64,000 nt of DNA from Azolla caroliniana (GCA_043228905.1 JBHGNT010000002.1:17546001-17610000); one strand, 5' to 3'; numbered from the stretch's first letter, positions 13,588 to 25,800 are shown. Numbers and translations are program-made. Notes: generated by a model from the sequence alone, not told the origin.

Positions 13588-14222
13588 TGTTGAAAAACAG
13601 TGCTCGGCCACAACCGAGGAACAGGATCAACTCACAGAAAACGGGAAATACAAAGTGCACGAGGACAATAGAGAGAAAGGTACACTGGATATTTTACGTG
13701 GAAAACCCTAAATGGGAAAAACCACGGGAGTCCTCAAGCTCCAACTATCACTATGAACAGGAATGTACACTAGTGAAGCTACAAGGCAACAACCTTGAGC
13801 TCAATGTCTTCGCCACAGGCGGCGGTAATACACAGAGGCAACGACCTCCTCGTCTCTCTCTCTCTCTCTCTCTCTCTCGGCTGCTCTCTCGGCTGCTCTC
13901 TCTTCGCATAAAAATGAGCAACAACATAAACTGTTTGCCCTAAGTCATATTTATACACATATGACTTTCGGGCTATTTACAAATATAGCCTCAAGGGCTC
14001 TTGGCAAACATATTCACAAATATGTCCCCGCATCCGGATCTCTCTCCGGGTACATTCATCATCCGGCTCCGTAACCGGGGTCTTCATCATCCGGCTCCGT
14101 AGCCGGGGTCTTCATCATCCGGCTCCGTAGCCGGGGTCTTCATCATCCGGCTCCGTAACCGCAACCGGGCTTGCCGTCATTTATCTCCGGACATCCCATC
14201 CGGAGGGACCGAAATCCCAACA
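13588..14222 (-). repeat. 3' LTR of Copia C, with a 28-bp tandem repeat at ~14057-14160
   Basis: TG...CA ends; unit CATCATCCGGCTCCGTAGCCGGGGTCTT. Confidence 0.97.
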
Positions 14223-14232
14223 AACTCCCCCT

Positions 14233-15618
14233 TCACTTCGGCATGGGATGTCTCTCCAATCCGATCCTCTTCCGGCATGCTTCCAGCTTGTCGGGTGTGA
14301 GCACTTTGGTCAGCATATCTGAGCCGTTCTCGTCCGTGTGGATCTTCGTCAGCACGAACTCCTGGTCTTCTATCCTTTCCCGGATCCAGTGATATCTTCG
14401 CTGGATGTGCTTCGTCCGGGAGTGATAGGCCGCGTTCTTCGCAAGGTGGATGGCACTCTGACTGTCGCAGTAGAGTCGGTACTCCTCCTGCTGGATACCG
14501 AGCTCTCTAGTGAAGTCCTTCATCCATATCATTTCCTTGCCGGCTTCAACAGCTGCCATGTACTCCGCCTCCGTGGTTGACAACGCAACCGTCTTCTGCA
14601 GCCTCGACTGCCACGAAACAGCTCCCCCTGCATACGTCATCACATACCCTGATGTGGACCGGCTGGTGTCTGCATCAGCCGACATGTCCGAATCAGTAAA
14701 GCCATCGAGTTCGGGCTTACCGGAGCCGAATCGGAGGCACACGTTTGCCGTGCCCTTTAGGTATCGGAGTATCCACTTGACCGCGTTCCAGTGCTCCTTG
14801 CCGGGATTGCTCAAGTACCGGCTCACCACTCCGACTGCGTATCCTATATCCGGTCTTGTACACACCATTGCGTACATCAAGCTTCCGACGGCAGAGGCAT
14901 ATGGTACTTTCATCATGTCCTCTTTCTCAGCCTTTGTCTTGGGGCTTTGCTTGCTGGACAACTTGCAGTTTGCCGGGAGGGTCGATCCGACCGGTCTTGC
15001 TTCCGACATGTTGAACCGGTGAAGCACCTTCGTCACGTACTTCTCCTGTGACAGCCACAACTGCTTCTTCTTCCGGTCCCGGATGATGTGCATTCCTAGT
15101 ATTTGCCTCGCCGGACCCAGGTCCTTCATTGAGAAGGTTCGGTGAAGAGCCTTCTTCAGCATCCGTATCTTGACCTGGTCCCGTCCGACGATCAACATGT
15201 CGTCCACGTACAGGAGTAGTATTAGAAAGTCTCCTCCTTCGAACTTCTTCACAAACACGCAGTGGTCGGACTGCGTTTTGTGGTACCCTTCGTCGGTCAT
15301 GAAGGAGTCGAACTTCCGGTACCATTGCCGGGGAGCCTGCTTCAGTCCGTAAAGGCTCTTCTTCAACCGGCATACCAGGTGCTCCTTCCCTTTCTTCTCG
15401 AATCCTTCCGGTTGCTGCATGTAGATCTCTTCTTCGAGGTCACCGTGAAGGAATGCCGTCTTCACGTCCATCTGTTCTACCTCGAGGTCCATGCTTGCCG
15501 CTATGCTCAGCACCGTCCGGATGGAGGTCATCTTCACTACCGGGGCAAATATCTCGTCGAAGTCGACGCCCTTCTTCTGCACGAACCCCTTCACCACGAT
15601 CCGGGGGGTTTCCGGCAT
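14233..15618 (-). CDS. pol: Copia C reverse transcriptase and RNase H (frame after the frameshift)
   Basis: QMDVKTAFLHG, SLYGLKQAPR, LLYVDDML, YCDSQSA, SRTKHI and SDMLTK with no stops. Confidence 0.95.
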   Translation of the reverse strand: MPETPRIVVKGFVQKKGVDFDEIFAPVVKMTSIRTVLSIAASMDLEVEQMDVKTAFLHGDLEEEIYMQQPEGFEKKGKEHLVCRLKKSLYGLKQAPRQWYRKFDSFMTDEGYHKTQSDHCVFVKKFEGGDFLILLLYVDDMLIVGRDQVKIRMLKKALHRTFSMKDLGPARQILGMHIIRDRKKKQLWLSQEKYVTKVLHRFNMSEARPVGSTLPANCKLSSKQSPKTKAEKEDMMKVPYASAVGSLMYAMVCTRPDIGYAVGVVSRYLSNPGKEHWNAVKWILRYLKGTANVCLRFGSGKPELDGFTDSDMSADADTSRSTSGYVMTYAGGAVSWQSRLQKTVALSTTEAEYMAAVEAGKEMIWMKDFTRELGIQQEEYRLYCDSQSAIHLAKNAAYHSRTKHIQRRYHWIRERIEDQEFVLTKIHTDENGSDMLTKVLTPDKLEACRKRIGLERHPMPK

Positions 15619-18292
15619 CTCCCGGTTTCAGCTTGAACACCCACTTGTTTCGAAGTGCCCGCTTTCCTTTTGGCAACTCCACAAGTTCATATGTGTGGTT
15701 CTCATGCAGGGAATCCATCTCCTCCTGCATGGCACTTAACCACCTGCGGCTATGGGTGTCAAGCTTTGCTTCTTCAAAACTCTCCGGCTCCCCCTCGTCG
15801 GTTAGCAGCACGTGCTCTGGTTCCGGAAATCTCCGGGGGGCCCTTCTCTCTCTTAGAGGGTATCTCCGTTCCGGAGCTTCGGTAACCGGCTGCTCCGTTT
15901 CCTCTTCATCCGAATCCATTTCGGGATCGGGGCCGGTTCCGGTATCAGTTTCATCTTCCTCGGCCGGTTCTGTTTCTTCACCGTCTTCGGCCGGATCCTC
16001 GAGTGCTAACCGGTCCCTTGCCGGTCGGGACTGCTCCTCGTAGAGTTTATCCTCACCGGTCGACTTGGAGCTCTTCATCTTCTTCTCCGACTCCCAGTCG
16101 GCGAGTGTCTTGTCCTCCATGAAGATGATATCTCGACTCCTGAATATCTTCTTGTCGACAGGGTCCCATACTCGGTAGCCGAACTCGTCGTCGCCGTAAC
16201 CGAGGAATATGCATGGCCGGGTCTTTGGATCTAACTTTCCTCTCCGGTCCTTTGCCACATGCACGTATGCGAGACACCCGAACACCTTCAGATGCCGGTA
16301 GGACACTTCCTTACCGGTCCACACTTTCTGCGGCGTGTCTCCGTCCAAAGGTACTGAGGGTGATCTATTTATCACATACGTCGTCGTCGACATTGCCTCA
16401 GCCCAAAACCCCTTGGGTAATTTCGCATGCGCCAGCATACTCCGGACCCTCTCCATTATGGTCCGGTTCATCCTCTCGGCCAGCCCGTTCAGTTCCGGCG
16501 TCTTCGGCACAGTAAACTCGAGCCGGATTCCCTTCGAGCGACAGTACTCCTGGAACTGCCCCCGGTATTCCCCTCCGTTATCCGCTCGTATCGCTTTCAG
16601 CTTCTTGCCGGATTCCCTTTCCATTCTCGCGTGAAGTTCTTTGAAGACGCACAACACTTGGTCCTTTGTCTTCAACGGTGCCGTCCACAGCTTCCGACTG
16701 TGGTCATCAATGAATGTAACGAAGTACTGGGCTCCGCCATGTGACTTCGTTTCTACTTGACACACGTCAGTGTGCACCAGCTCCAATGGTGCGCTACGTC
16801 TCGTCGGTGGCCTTGAGTGGAAGGAGGTCCGGTTTTGCTTACCGGCCAGGCAGTCGGTGCACTTCTCCAGGTGCACATGCTTCACTGGAATAAGGTTGTC
16901 TTCTGCAAGCCTCTTCATCCCCTTCTCACTCATGTGGCAAGGTCTCTTGTGCCACAGCTCACCGGCAGTGTCGGCTGCCACGTTCAGCTCCTCCGGACAT
17001 AGCCGGGAATTCATCAGGTACAGTGTGTTGACCTTCCGGGCCCGAGCCACTATCAGGCTCCCTTTGCTGAACTTCATCACGCCGTTCCGGATGCTACCTG
17101 TGTAGCCTTCATCGTCTAGCCTCCCGGCCGAAATCAGGTTCAATCGAACCTCCGGAACATGTCGAACATCCTTCAGCAGCATCTTGCATCCGGTCGGGGT
17201 TGTCAACCACACGTCTCCGATGCCGGCAATCCGGCACGTACCTTCATTTCCCATCCGAACACAGCCATGCTCACCGGCTGTGTAGGATGAGAAGTATCTT
17301 CTCTCCGGGGTCAGGTGGAACGATGCTCCAGAATCGACCACCCAGGTCGTCTCATCGCCGGCAATGTTTACTTCACTTTCTTCGGTGATGAGCATGATTT
17401 CTTCCTCACTTGCCGCGAGTGCCGTCGTTCCTTTCCGGTCCTGCCCTCGCCGATCCGGACCTCTCCGGTCCGTGGCTCCCCGGTATGCACCGTTTCTCTC
17501 CGGTGACTTCTTCGAATCGGTGTCGTCGGCTCCGTTGTCTTTTCGGTAATGCCGACAATTCTTCCGGAAGTGCCCCGGCTTCCCACAGTGGAAGCATGTG
17601 GGCCTTCCTCTTGACTGCGACCGGGTCCCCGACTTCTCCCGTCTTTGCGGACTCCGGTTCCATTGTCTTCCCCGTTCCGATTCGGTAAGCAGCGCCTTCG
17701 AGTCGGAGGCCGGTTCTTTATCTCTCCGACGCGCTTCTTCGTTCAAAATACTTGTCTTTACCGTTTGTAGGGACAAGTTATCTTCCGTGCAGGAGGTGCT
17801 GAGAGTCACCACCAAGTTCTCCCAGCTTTCCGGCAATGTACACATCAGAATGATGGCTTGCATTGCATCCTCCAACGGGAACTTGATCACTGCAAGCTGG
17901 TTCACGAATCCCATGAACGTGCTCACGTGTTCCACCATATTCTCGCCGTCCCGGTACTTGAGGTTCACTATCTTCCTCATCAGGGAGGTCCGGTTCAACG
18001 CATTCTTCCTCTCGTAGAGGCCCGACAGCTTCTTCCACATCTCATATGCGTTGGTGTCGTTCGCCACATGTTGTAGGACGCTTACATCGACATATTGCCG
18101 GATCGTCGCTACGGCTTTCCGGTTCAGGAGCTTCCACTCCGACTCTATTACTCCCTTGGGTATCTCGGCATTGTCGATCGGTTCGTACAGGTCTCGGACG
18201 ATGAGAAGGTCTTCCATCTTTATCTTCCAGTCGGCGTAGTTCTGTGAGTTCAACACCATCATGCCCGGAGGCCCACTACCGCCGCCTTCCAT
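15440..18292 (-). CDS. gag-pol: Copia C Gag-protease-integrase polyprotein
   Basis: Open frame with zinc knuckle CFHCGKPGHFRKNC, WVVDSGAS, HTDVC, RADNGGEY and NGLAER; likely start MEGGGSG at ~18292. Confidence 0.95.
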   Translation of the reverse strand: MEGGGSGPPGMMVLNSQNYADWKIKMEDLLIVRDLYEPIDNAEIPKGVIESEWKLLNRKAVATIRQYVDVSVLQHVANDTNAYEMWKKLSGLYERKNALNRTSLMRKIVNLKYRDGENMVEHVSTFMGFVNQLAVIKFPLEDAMQAIILMCTLPESWENLVVTLSTSCTEDNLSLQTVKTSILNEEARRRDKEPASDSKALLTESERGRQWNRSPQRREKSGTRSQSRGRPTCFHCGKPGHFRKNCRHYRKDNGADDTDSKKSPERNGAYRGATDRRGPDRRGQDRKGTTALAASEEEIMLITEESEVNIAGDETTWVVDSGASFHLTPERRYFSSYTAGEHGCVRMGNEGTCRIAGIGDVWLTTPTGCKMLLKDVRHVPEVRLNLISAGRLDDEGYTGSIRNGVMKFSKGSLIVARARKVNTLYLMNSRLCPEELNVAADTAGELWHKRPCHMSEKGMKRLAEDNLIPVKHVHLEKCTDCLAGKQNRTSFHSRPPTRRSAPLELVHTDVCQVETKSHGGAQYFVTFIDDHSRKLWTAPLKTKDQVLCVFKELHARMERESGKKLKAIRADNGGEYRGQFQEYCRSKGIRLEFTVPKTPELNGLAERMNRTIMERVRSMLAHAKLPKGFWAEAMSTTTYVINRSPSVPLDGDTPQKVWTGKEVSYRHLKVFGCLAYVHVAKDRRGKLDPKTRPCIFLGYGDDEFGYRVWDPVDKKIFRSRDIIFMEDKTLADWESEKKMKSSKSTGEDKLYEEQSRPARDRLALEDPAEDGEETEPAEEDETDTGTGPDPEMDSDEEETEQPVTEAPERRYPLRERRAPRRFPEPEHVLLTDEGEPESFEEAKLDTHSRRWLSAMQEEMDSLHENHTYELVELPKGKRALRNKWVFKLKPGDAGNPPDRGEGVRAEEGRRLRRDICPGSEDDLHPDGAEHSGKHGPRGRTDGREDGIPSR

Positions 18293-18323
18293 TTTCTGTG
18301 TTACCGTCGCTCTGATACCACTT

Positions 18324-18956
18324 TGTTGAAAAACAGTGCTCGGCCACAACCGAGGAACAGGATCAACTCACAGAAAACGGGAAATACAAAGTGCACGAGG
18401 ACAATAGAGAGAAAGGTACACTGGATATTTTACGTGGAAAACCCTAAATGGGAAAAACCACGGGAGTCCTCAAGCTCCAACTATCACTATGAACAGGAAT
18501 GTACACTAGTGAAGCTACAAGGCAACAACCTTGAGCTCAATGTCTTCGCCACAGGCGGCGGTAATACACAGAGGCAACGACCTCCTCGTCTCTCTCTCTC
18601 TCTCTCTCTCTCGGCTGCTCTCTCGGCTGCTCTCTCTTCGCATAAAAATGAGCAACAACATAAACTGTTTGCCCTAAGTCATATTTATACACATATGACT
18701 TTCGGGCTATTTACAAATATAGCCTCAAGGGCTCTTGGCAAACATATTCACAAATATGTCCCCGCATCCGGATCTCTCTCCGGGTACATTCGTCATCCGG
18801 CTCCGTAGCCGGGGTCTTCATCATCCGGCTCCGTAGCCGGGGTCTTCATCATCCGGCTCCGTAGCCGGGGTCTTCATCATCCGGCTCCGTAACCGCAACC
18901 GGGCTTGCCGTCATTTATCTCCGGACATCCCATCCGGAGGGACCGAAATCCCAACA
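18324..18956 (-). repeat. 5' LTR of Copia C
   Basis: Near-identical to 13588-14222 and adjacent to the PBS. Confidence 0.97.
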
Positions 18957-21208
18957 CATGGTTCTACTTTCACACTTCAACATGTGCGATCTGTACCTCA
19001 GCTCAAGAAAAGCTTGATTAGCACAGGACAACTAGATGACAATGGATTTCACACCACCTTTGGTGATGGGAAATGGAAGATTTGTAAGGGATCCAAGGAT
19101 CTAGAGTTATTGCCAAGGGTAGTAAAAGTGATACTTTGTATCCTCTCCATGTATCTAGTGTGAGTGATCATGTTGTTGCCATAACTGAGCAACGTAGTGT
19201 TTCTTTGTGGCATGGCCGGTTGGGACACATGAGTGAAATTGGTATGAAAGTATTGTCTCGTTTGGGTTACTTGCCATGTCTTCGTTATGCTGATTTTGAA
19301 CATTGTGATCATTGCCTTTATTGTAAACATGTACAAACATCTCATAAAAAGTCTCTTTCCTTGATGTCGTCACCGCTTGACTTAGTACATTCAGATGTAC
19401 GTCAGATGCAAGGGCTATCATTAGGGGGAAAGAAATACTTCGTCACTTTTTTTGATGATGCTACACGGAAGGTATGGGTTTACCCTATTCGTAGCAAGGA
19501 TGAATTGCTCTACAAGTTTCGAAATTTTTTGGCATTAGTTGAGAATCAAATTGATAAGACACTTAAGTGTCTTCACTCTGACAATGATGGGGAATATGTG
19601 TCCAAGGCCTTTCAAGCATTTTGTGACAGCAAAGGGATAAAGAGGGAACTCACTGCCCCTTATAATCCACCCCAAAATGGAGTTGTAGAGCGTATGAATT
19701 AGACTATTCAAGATAAGGTCCGTACTATGCTGTCTCATGTTGCGTTACCCCATGGTTTTTGGGCAAAGGCTATTATGACAGTTGTTCACTGGATTAATCG
19801 GTCACCTAACAGGTCTTTGGGAGGGGGAATACCCCAAGAAGCGTGATCGGGTAAGCCACCTTCATATGCTCACTTGAGAGTGTTTGGTTGTGAGGCTATT
19901 GTGCACATTCGTAAAGAAGAACGCAACAAACTTGAGCCAAAGTCCTGCAAATGTATTTTCCGAGGATACGGGGACGAGGGTGAAATGGGGTATAGATTGT
20001 GGGATCCCGAGAAAAGGAAAATAGTATGTAGCAATGATGTTATCTTCCGAGAAAATCGCATGCATAAACAACCCGAAAAGACCGATGAAGTACGGAGGGT
20101 TGTATTCTGAGAAGAAATACCTTTTAGACAGAAAAATGTGCTCGTTGTACAACAACAAACACTTGTTGTAAACATACCTACAAATGCAGAAAATGAGGTT
20201 GGAAATGATCAACTAGCCTTTGCCAATAATGATGAGCCACCAAATGTGCAGGAACGGCTAGAATAGCAAACTGTTAATGTTGATTTGCAGGCTGAAATGC
20301 CTGGACAACAAGTTGAAAATGATGATTTGCAGGCTCAACAACTACCAAACAATGAGCATTGGGTTTGGAGATCGTCTAGAGTTACTAAAAGGCCTGACAG
20401 ATTTGTTCCTGATGCAAACAGTGTGGCTGATTATGTCATGGTAACTGATTGTGGCAAACCGACTTGCTTCAAGGAAGCAATGGACAGACAAGACAATAAG
20501 AAATGGTATAAAGCCATGTTGTCAGAGATGGAATCTCTTGAGAAAAATGACACTTGGGATTTGTTGGAGTTGCCTAAAGGGCAGAAAACACTTCCATGCA
20601 AATGGGTTTATAAAATGAAGGTCATTTATGATTCCTCGCCAAAGTACAGAGCAAGATTGAAAGCAAAACGCATCCTTCATTGGTTTTGCGGATGCGGACT
20701 ATGCTGGTCACGCAAACTGTAGGAAGTGTACTTTTGGGTATGTGTTTACTTTCACAGGAGGAGTTGTCTCTTGGATCTCCAGACTACAGAAGTGTGTTGC
20801 ATTGTCTACTACAGAGGCAGAGTATGTTGCTGCCTTTGAGGCATGCAAAGAGGCTTTATGGTTTTCATATCTAGTGAGAGATCTTGGCATTACAGAGTTA
20901 CCTATTCTTCATTGTGACAACCAGAGTGTTATCATGCTAGCTCGGAATCCTGTCTTTCATGCAAAGACGAAGCACATAGAGGTGAAGTATCACTTCATCA
21001 GAGATGTACTTGACAACAAGAACATTGAGCTTGTCAAAGTACATACAAAAAATAATCCTTCAGATCTTCTCATGAAGGGTCTTCCAGCTGAGCGATTTGC
21101 TCATTGCTGACAGATGATGGGAGTTGGATAGATGTATGTAGTTCAGCTTTGTACATACTTGGACTTAGCCGACTTTCTTTTTTTATTCTTCTCATGGCAC
21201 ATTGCCTT

Positions 21209-21256
21209 TAGAAAAACAAAAAAAAAAGAGGAACACTCTTTGTACCCAAGACAACA

Positions 21257-21303
<47 letters not shown>

Positions 21304-21324
21304 CTCTCTCCCCCTCTGTTTTGA
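21209..21324 (+). repeat. ~110-bp direct repeat, copy 2
   Basis: Similar to 12555-12663. Confidence 0.85.
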
Positions 21325-21325
21325 A

Positions 21326-21699
21326 CTGGATCGGTATCCGGATCGGTGTCTGTAACCAAGAGCCAGATCGTATTGTAACCGGTAGGCCGTTAGAGGCCTA
21401 TGGTTTTAGCCTAGTACGTAGGCATATTTCTTGAAGTTAGTTTCTGTCGCTCGTATGAGCATTGAAGCACATGTCAGTACTTCTGTTAGTCCTTTTATGG
21501 ACTTGTATAAAAGTGCACTTTGAGCACCTTGTATGTATAGAGTGATATTTTGAAATTGAGTTTATGTTGTTCTGCTGTCTCTATCTCTCTCGTGTACTCT
21601 CTCTATGTGATTAAGCTTTCCATTAAATCTGTGCCTATTCTCTGTTGTTGTCCGATGAAGCCGGTTTCATCTACAAGCTGCCACACACAATTCTTTTCA
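21326..21699 (+). repeat. Remainder of the Copia A 3' LTR
   Basis: Aligns with 5110-5492 and ends TTTTCA. Confidence 0.9.
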
Positions 21700-21834
21700 A
21701 TCTTTACCCAATTGTAATCCAATGTCACTATGATTATGCGACATACTTCTTTTTCGTCTTTGGGTTGCGTCAGGAGGCACATCTAGGATATTTTCTTTTA
21801 TTAGATCTTGATTTTGGTTTGTCTTAGATGGCAT
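21700..21834 (-). pseudogene. Middle piece of the split unclassified transposon-like gene
   Basis: Reads CHLRQ../DLIKENILDV..QRRKRSMSHNHSDIGLQLGKD, parallel to LRTSTIDIIKEELPG..RSATYNLESNHLVYDED in the 6978-7200 copy. Confidence 0.65.
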
Positions 21835-22876
21835 TAGAATTAGAATTAGAATTTTTATCATCCATAAAGAGGCCAATTTTGACCTATGGGACCAAAGTAT
21901 ACATGTGTTCTTGATATGTGTCTCCTTCCTAAGAAGGGGTATTCATACATTGAAGCACAACGTCTCTATGTGTGAATAACATACACATATGTGCTCAACC
22001 TTCTCGGTGGTGTCTTTAAGTATGGCACTTAAGTTATCACTCCCTCTTAGTATATAAGCATATCTTGAACAAATTGCACTATATGTCGAGCATGTGAAGA
22101 GCAAGTGACATTCATCCTCTACCAAGCCTTCATTGCATACTTTGCATGTCTTCAAATTAGTTACATTTTGATACCATGATGCAACTTCAATACCTAACTT
22201 GTGAGATCGAGTGCCAAGTAGTGTACGGGCTCTACGAGCATTGCTACTCATATTGAGAATGAAATAAGGTTGGATACGATCAATATGCATTCTTGCTTTA
22301 TATTGAGACCAACATTCATGGTTGACATTTGCAATATAGTATCCTAGCTTTGTCCTCTTAGAACCTTCCCACTTCATCCTTAGTGATTCCACCAACCTTT
22401 CCTCAATCCTTACATACTGCATAGCATTGCCCGAAATATCTAAAAAATCATCCAAACCCAATATTCTAAACCATTTCCTTATGTCAACAACCCAACCGGA
22501 TGAGAGAATCTTACTTTTATGATTCTTTTGTAGCTTACATCCAACATTCCGATGATTCGGCATATTCAAATACTCTTTGGAGTGCCAATTGTTCTATGGG
22601 TCGAACACCTATTTCCAAGAGCATAACCTGGTAAGAGGTAGTGCATTTAACTCCTAATTGCCTCCTTAAAAATATCTTTTGAATTTTCTCAATCTCATTC
22701 CATGCATTAAGTCAGATGGTGCCACCCCATACTTCTACTCAATAAAGCAATACTTGAGTTACCATGGCATTGAAGTATCACTTTGGTTCCCATCCAGAAG
22801 TATCACTTTGGTTGCATTGGTTCTCCAAAAGGTAATACGATTTCCAACCGGCTTGGAGCCTAGAATCAAAGCATGT

Positions 22877-25800
22877 TGTTGAGAATCAAGCTCAACATAG
22901 TGCAACGTGTGAACACACCTTTTGAGAATCCATGATTACTCAAAGGTCAAGAGTCACACCACTACTCTCTACACAATAACTATGTGTCATAGAATCATAT
23001 TCTATGACATATAACTAATGAGTTACATATTCCCCATGACTATGAGTCTTCACATTCCCCAAGAGAGAGAGTGGTTGTTGTAAAGTTAATGAAGAGAGAG
23101 GGTGACTCTATATAAAGCACCCTCCTCATACTTCATACTAAGTCGGTTGTGACTCCTTATTATGCTACATTTTATAATTCTTATTCTACTTGTGAAATAT
23201 ACACCTTCTTCTTGAGTATTTTATTTCTCTTGTCTATCTATCTAGTGTTCTCTCATCTCTCCTCTAATTCCTCTCACACATACACATAACAAACATTTCT
23301 TCCGCTACACAAGAATCATACCTGATTCTTTACATGGTATCAGAGCGATTTGGTAGCTCGATCTAGCCCACTCGCCTCATCGTGATCGTGTGTTGTGCTC
23401 TACGCCAACGTTCAAGAAGAACTGGCTCATCGCTATTGTAGTGTGACTACATAGCTCGTGTTCGAGAGAGAAGGAAAAGGAAAGAAGGAAGCAATCTACA
23501 TCGACACTGAATACACAAATGGAGAGCGCTCTCCCTAGCGAGAAGTTGGATCACAACAACTTTGCATCTTGGGAGTACAAGATGCACCAATACCTTGTCG
23601 GCCAAGGCTATTGGAGCTATATCAAAGGAGCACAAGAAAATCAACCCAACCCGGAAAACGCCGACTATGCAACGTGGGAGCAAGCGGCAAGCCGAGTGAT
23701 GTATTGCTTGGCGACATGTGTTCACGACCACATGCTCGGGTGCATTCGAGAAGCCAAGATGTCGAAGGAAGTGTGGGAGAATGTATGAAAGATTATCGCC
23801 ACCAACACTACCGCGAGAAAGCTTCAACTCTGCCAAGAGTTGAATAATATCCAACAAAGGGATATGTCAATCACGAGCTACACCTTGAAGATCAAGGAGC
23901 TTTGTGATTCGCTCGGCTCGATAAGCGTAAACGTGGAGGATGACGAGATGGTGCAAATATGTCTCGGCGGCCTTGCACCACGATTCGGCGCGATGCGGAC
24001 CGTCGTACTAGCATGGGAGAATCCTCCCTCCTTCTTCGACCTTCAATCCATGTTGTTGGTCGAAGAGAATCATGTTCGAATTAGGAACAATGCGTCGGAA
24101 GGCCAAGTGTTCTACACGCATTTGGACGGAGGAAGAGGACGCAGCTGTGCAAGAAGAGGCCGATTCGGCCAAGGACGTGGCGGACGAGGCGGATAAGGCC
24201 CGATTTACGAAAACAACTTGCAATTTCGGCATCAAGACGGAAGCCATCCAGGAACCTTCGGAAGAAAGGGGAGCTTCCATTCCGGTCCGAACCGACAAAG
24301 CTCGGTCGAATGCGGATATTGCGGAAAAATTGGTCACCACGAAGAAGAATGCCGTAAGAAGATACGCGAGTCGGCTTCCACTAGCTGACAACTCACCAAC
24401 TACGCCATCAACTCCGATTATGATGATCGTGGCAGAATGTTCGTGATGAGACATAGAGTGAACTCTATGTCGGCCTCTACTTCCACTAGTGCCTCCGGTC
24501 TGGAAGACGTATGGTTCGTCGATTCCGGTGCCTCGAACCATATGACGTCGCATCAAGAATGGTTCTGAGAACTTCGAGAGCCGGACCGACCCGGCTATGT
24601 CAAAACCGGAGACGACACTACGCACCCGATTCGGCACATCGGCAATGTTCCGTTCAGAGAAGAAGGTAAGCAAAATTATATTAAAAATGTCTTGCATGTA
24701 CCAACTATCACGAAGAATTTGGTCTCCGTCGGCCAAATTGTAGAGCAAGGAATGCAAGTACGATTTAATCAAGGCGATTGCTTCATTGAAAAAGAGGGCC
24801 GACTCATGGCTCGCAGACGAAGAGAGGGCCGAATGTTCATTCTCGACTCACACGAGATGAAATCGGCCATGTTCACGAAGGGCGTGAAAGCCGATTCCGA
24901 CATAGAGTTATCGCACAAGTGGATTGGCCATATAAATCTCCAAAAGCTCAAGGCAATGCAATCGAAAGGAGTCGTCATTGGGCTCCCGACACTCACGGAG
25001 AAAGAGATTGAAGGCGAGTGTGCCGCTTGCCAATTCAGCAAGCAACATCGGCACCCAGTTCTGAAGGAGCGGAATGTGAGCAAAGGCGTATTCTACGTAA
25101 TTCATTCCGATGTATGGGGTTTAGCTCAGATGACGACATTCGGAGGAAGCCGATACTATGTGACCTTCATCGACGACTTCTCTAGACACACTTGGATCTA
25201 CCCGATGCGACAAAAGAGCGAAGTGTTCAGACACTTCCAAAAATTCAAGAATGAAGTCAAGAAAGCCACGGGCCAACATGTACGATGTCTTCGGTCGGAT
25301 GGAGGCAAGGAGTACTTCTCCGACGAATTTTCGGTGTTTCTACAGAAAGAAGGAATACGACGAGAGTTTTCATGTCAACATACGCCGCAACAAAACGGAG
25401 TGGCCGAACGCAAGAATCGACACATCCTCGAAGTGGCACGGGCTATGCTTAACGAAAAGCACATGCCAAAATCGCATGTTCGGATATTCGGCTCCATTAC
25501 GTACGTGCACATCCCTGACGAGAAGCGTCAAAAGCTTGACCCGAAGTCAGAGAAATGTATCCTCGTAGGATACTCACTGGAGAAAAAGGGGTACAAATGC
25601 TACAACCCCTCAACTCGAAAATCTCAAGTAAGTCGAGACATCATTTTTGACAAGGCCGCATCCTAGTACGCACCAGAGACAACTTCGACTCCGATTCTGC
25701 TCGACCCAGAATCCGCCGAACAAGAGATAGAGGATGAAGATTGTTTTACGCGCATGTTTGAAGAAAGTCCGATCACGACCCGACTGAGTGGACCATAAGA

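Larger units (their letters stand above)
13588..18956 (-). mobile_element. Very young full-length Ty1/Copia element C
   Basis: LTRs 13588-14222 and 18324-18956 are nearly identical. Perfect TSD CATGG (13583-13587, 18957-18961), Met PBS 18309-18320, PPT 14223-14236. Confidence 0.98.
12468..21325 (+). mobile_element. Copia B internal domain without recognisable LTRs or PBS, lying inside the A-family 3' LTR
   Basis: 5'-truncated gag-protease ~12680-13587 (LLCTLPESW, WILDSSAS), integrase 18957-20100, RT largely deleted at ~20668, RNase H to 21131. Confidence 0.85.
5053..21699 (+). mobile_element. Old Ty1/Copia element A, rearranged and hosting nested insertions
   Basis: 5' LTR 5053-5492 and a homologous 3' LTR ending at 21699. 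Flanks GTCTT (5048-5052) and ATCTT (21700-21704) form a 5-bp TSD with one mismatch, and the host reading continues across the insertion. Confidence 0.8.

Noticed and set aside
14338-18239. Many overlapping or antisense ORFs in Copia C (similar ones in F, G, H and J)
   Set aside because: Shadow frames of GC-rich gag-pol with no independent motifs.
18323-18808. ORFs within Copia LTRs (also 13563..13943)
   Set aside because: Antisense to the LTR, running through a (CT)n tract, with no coding signature.
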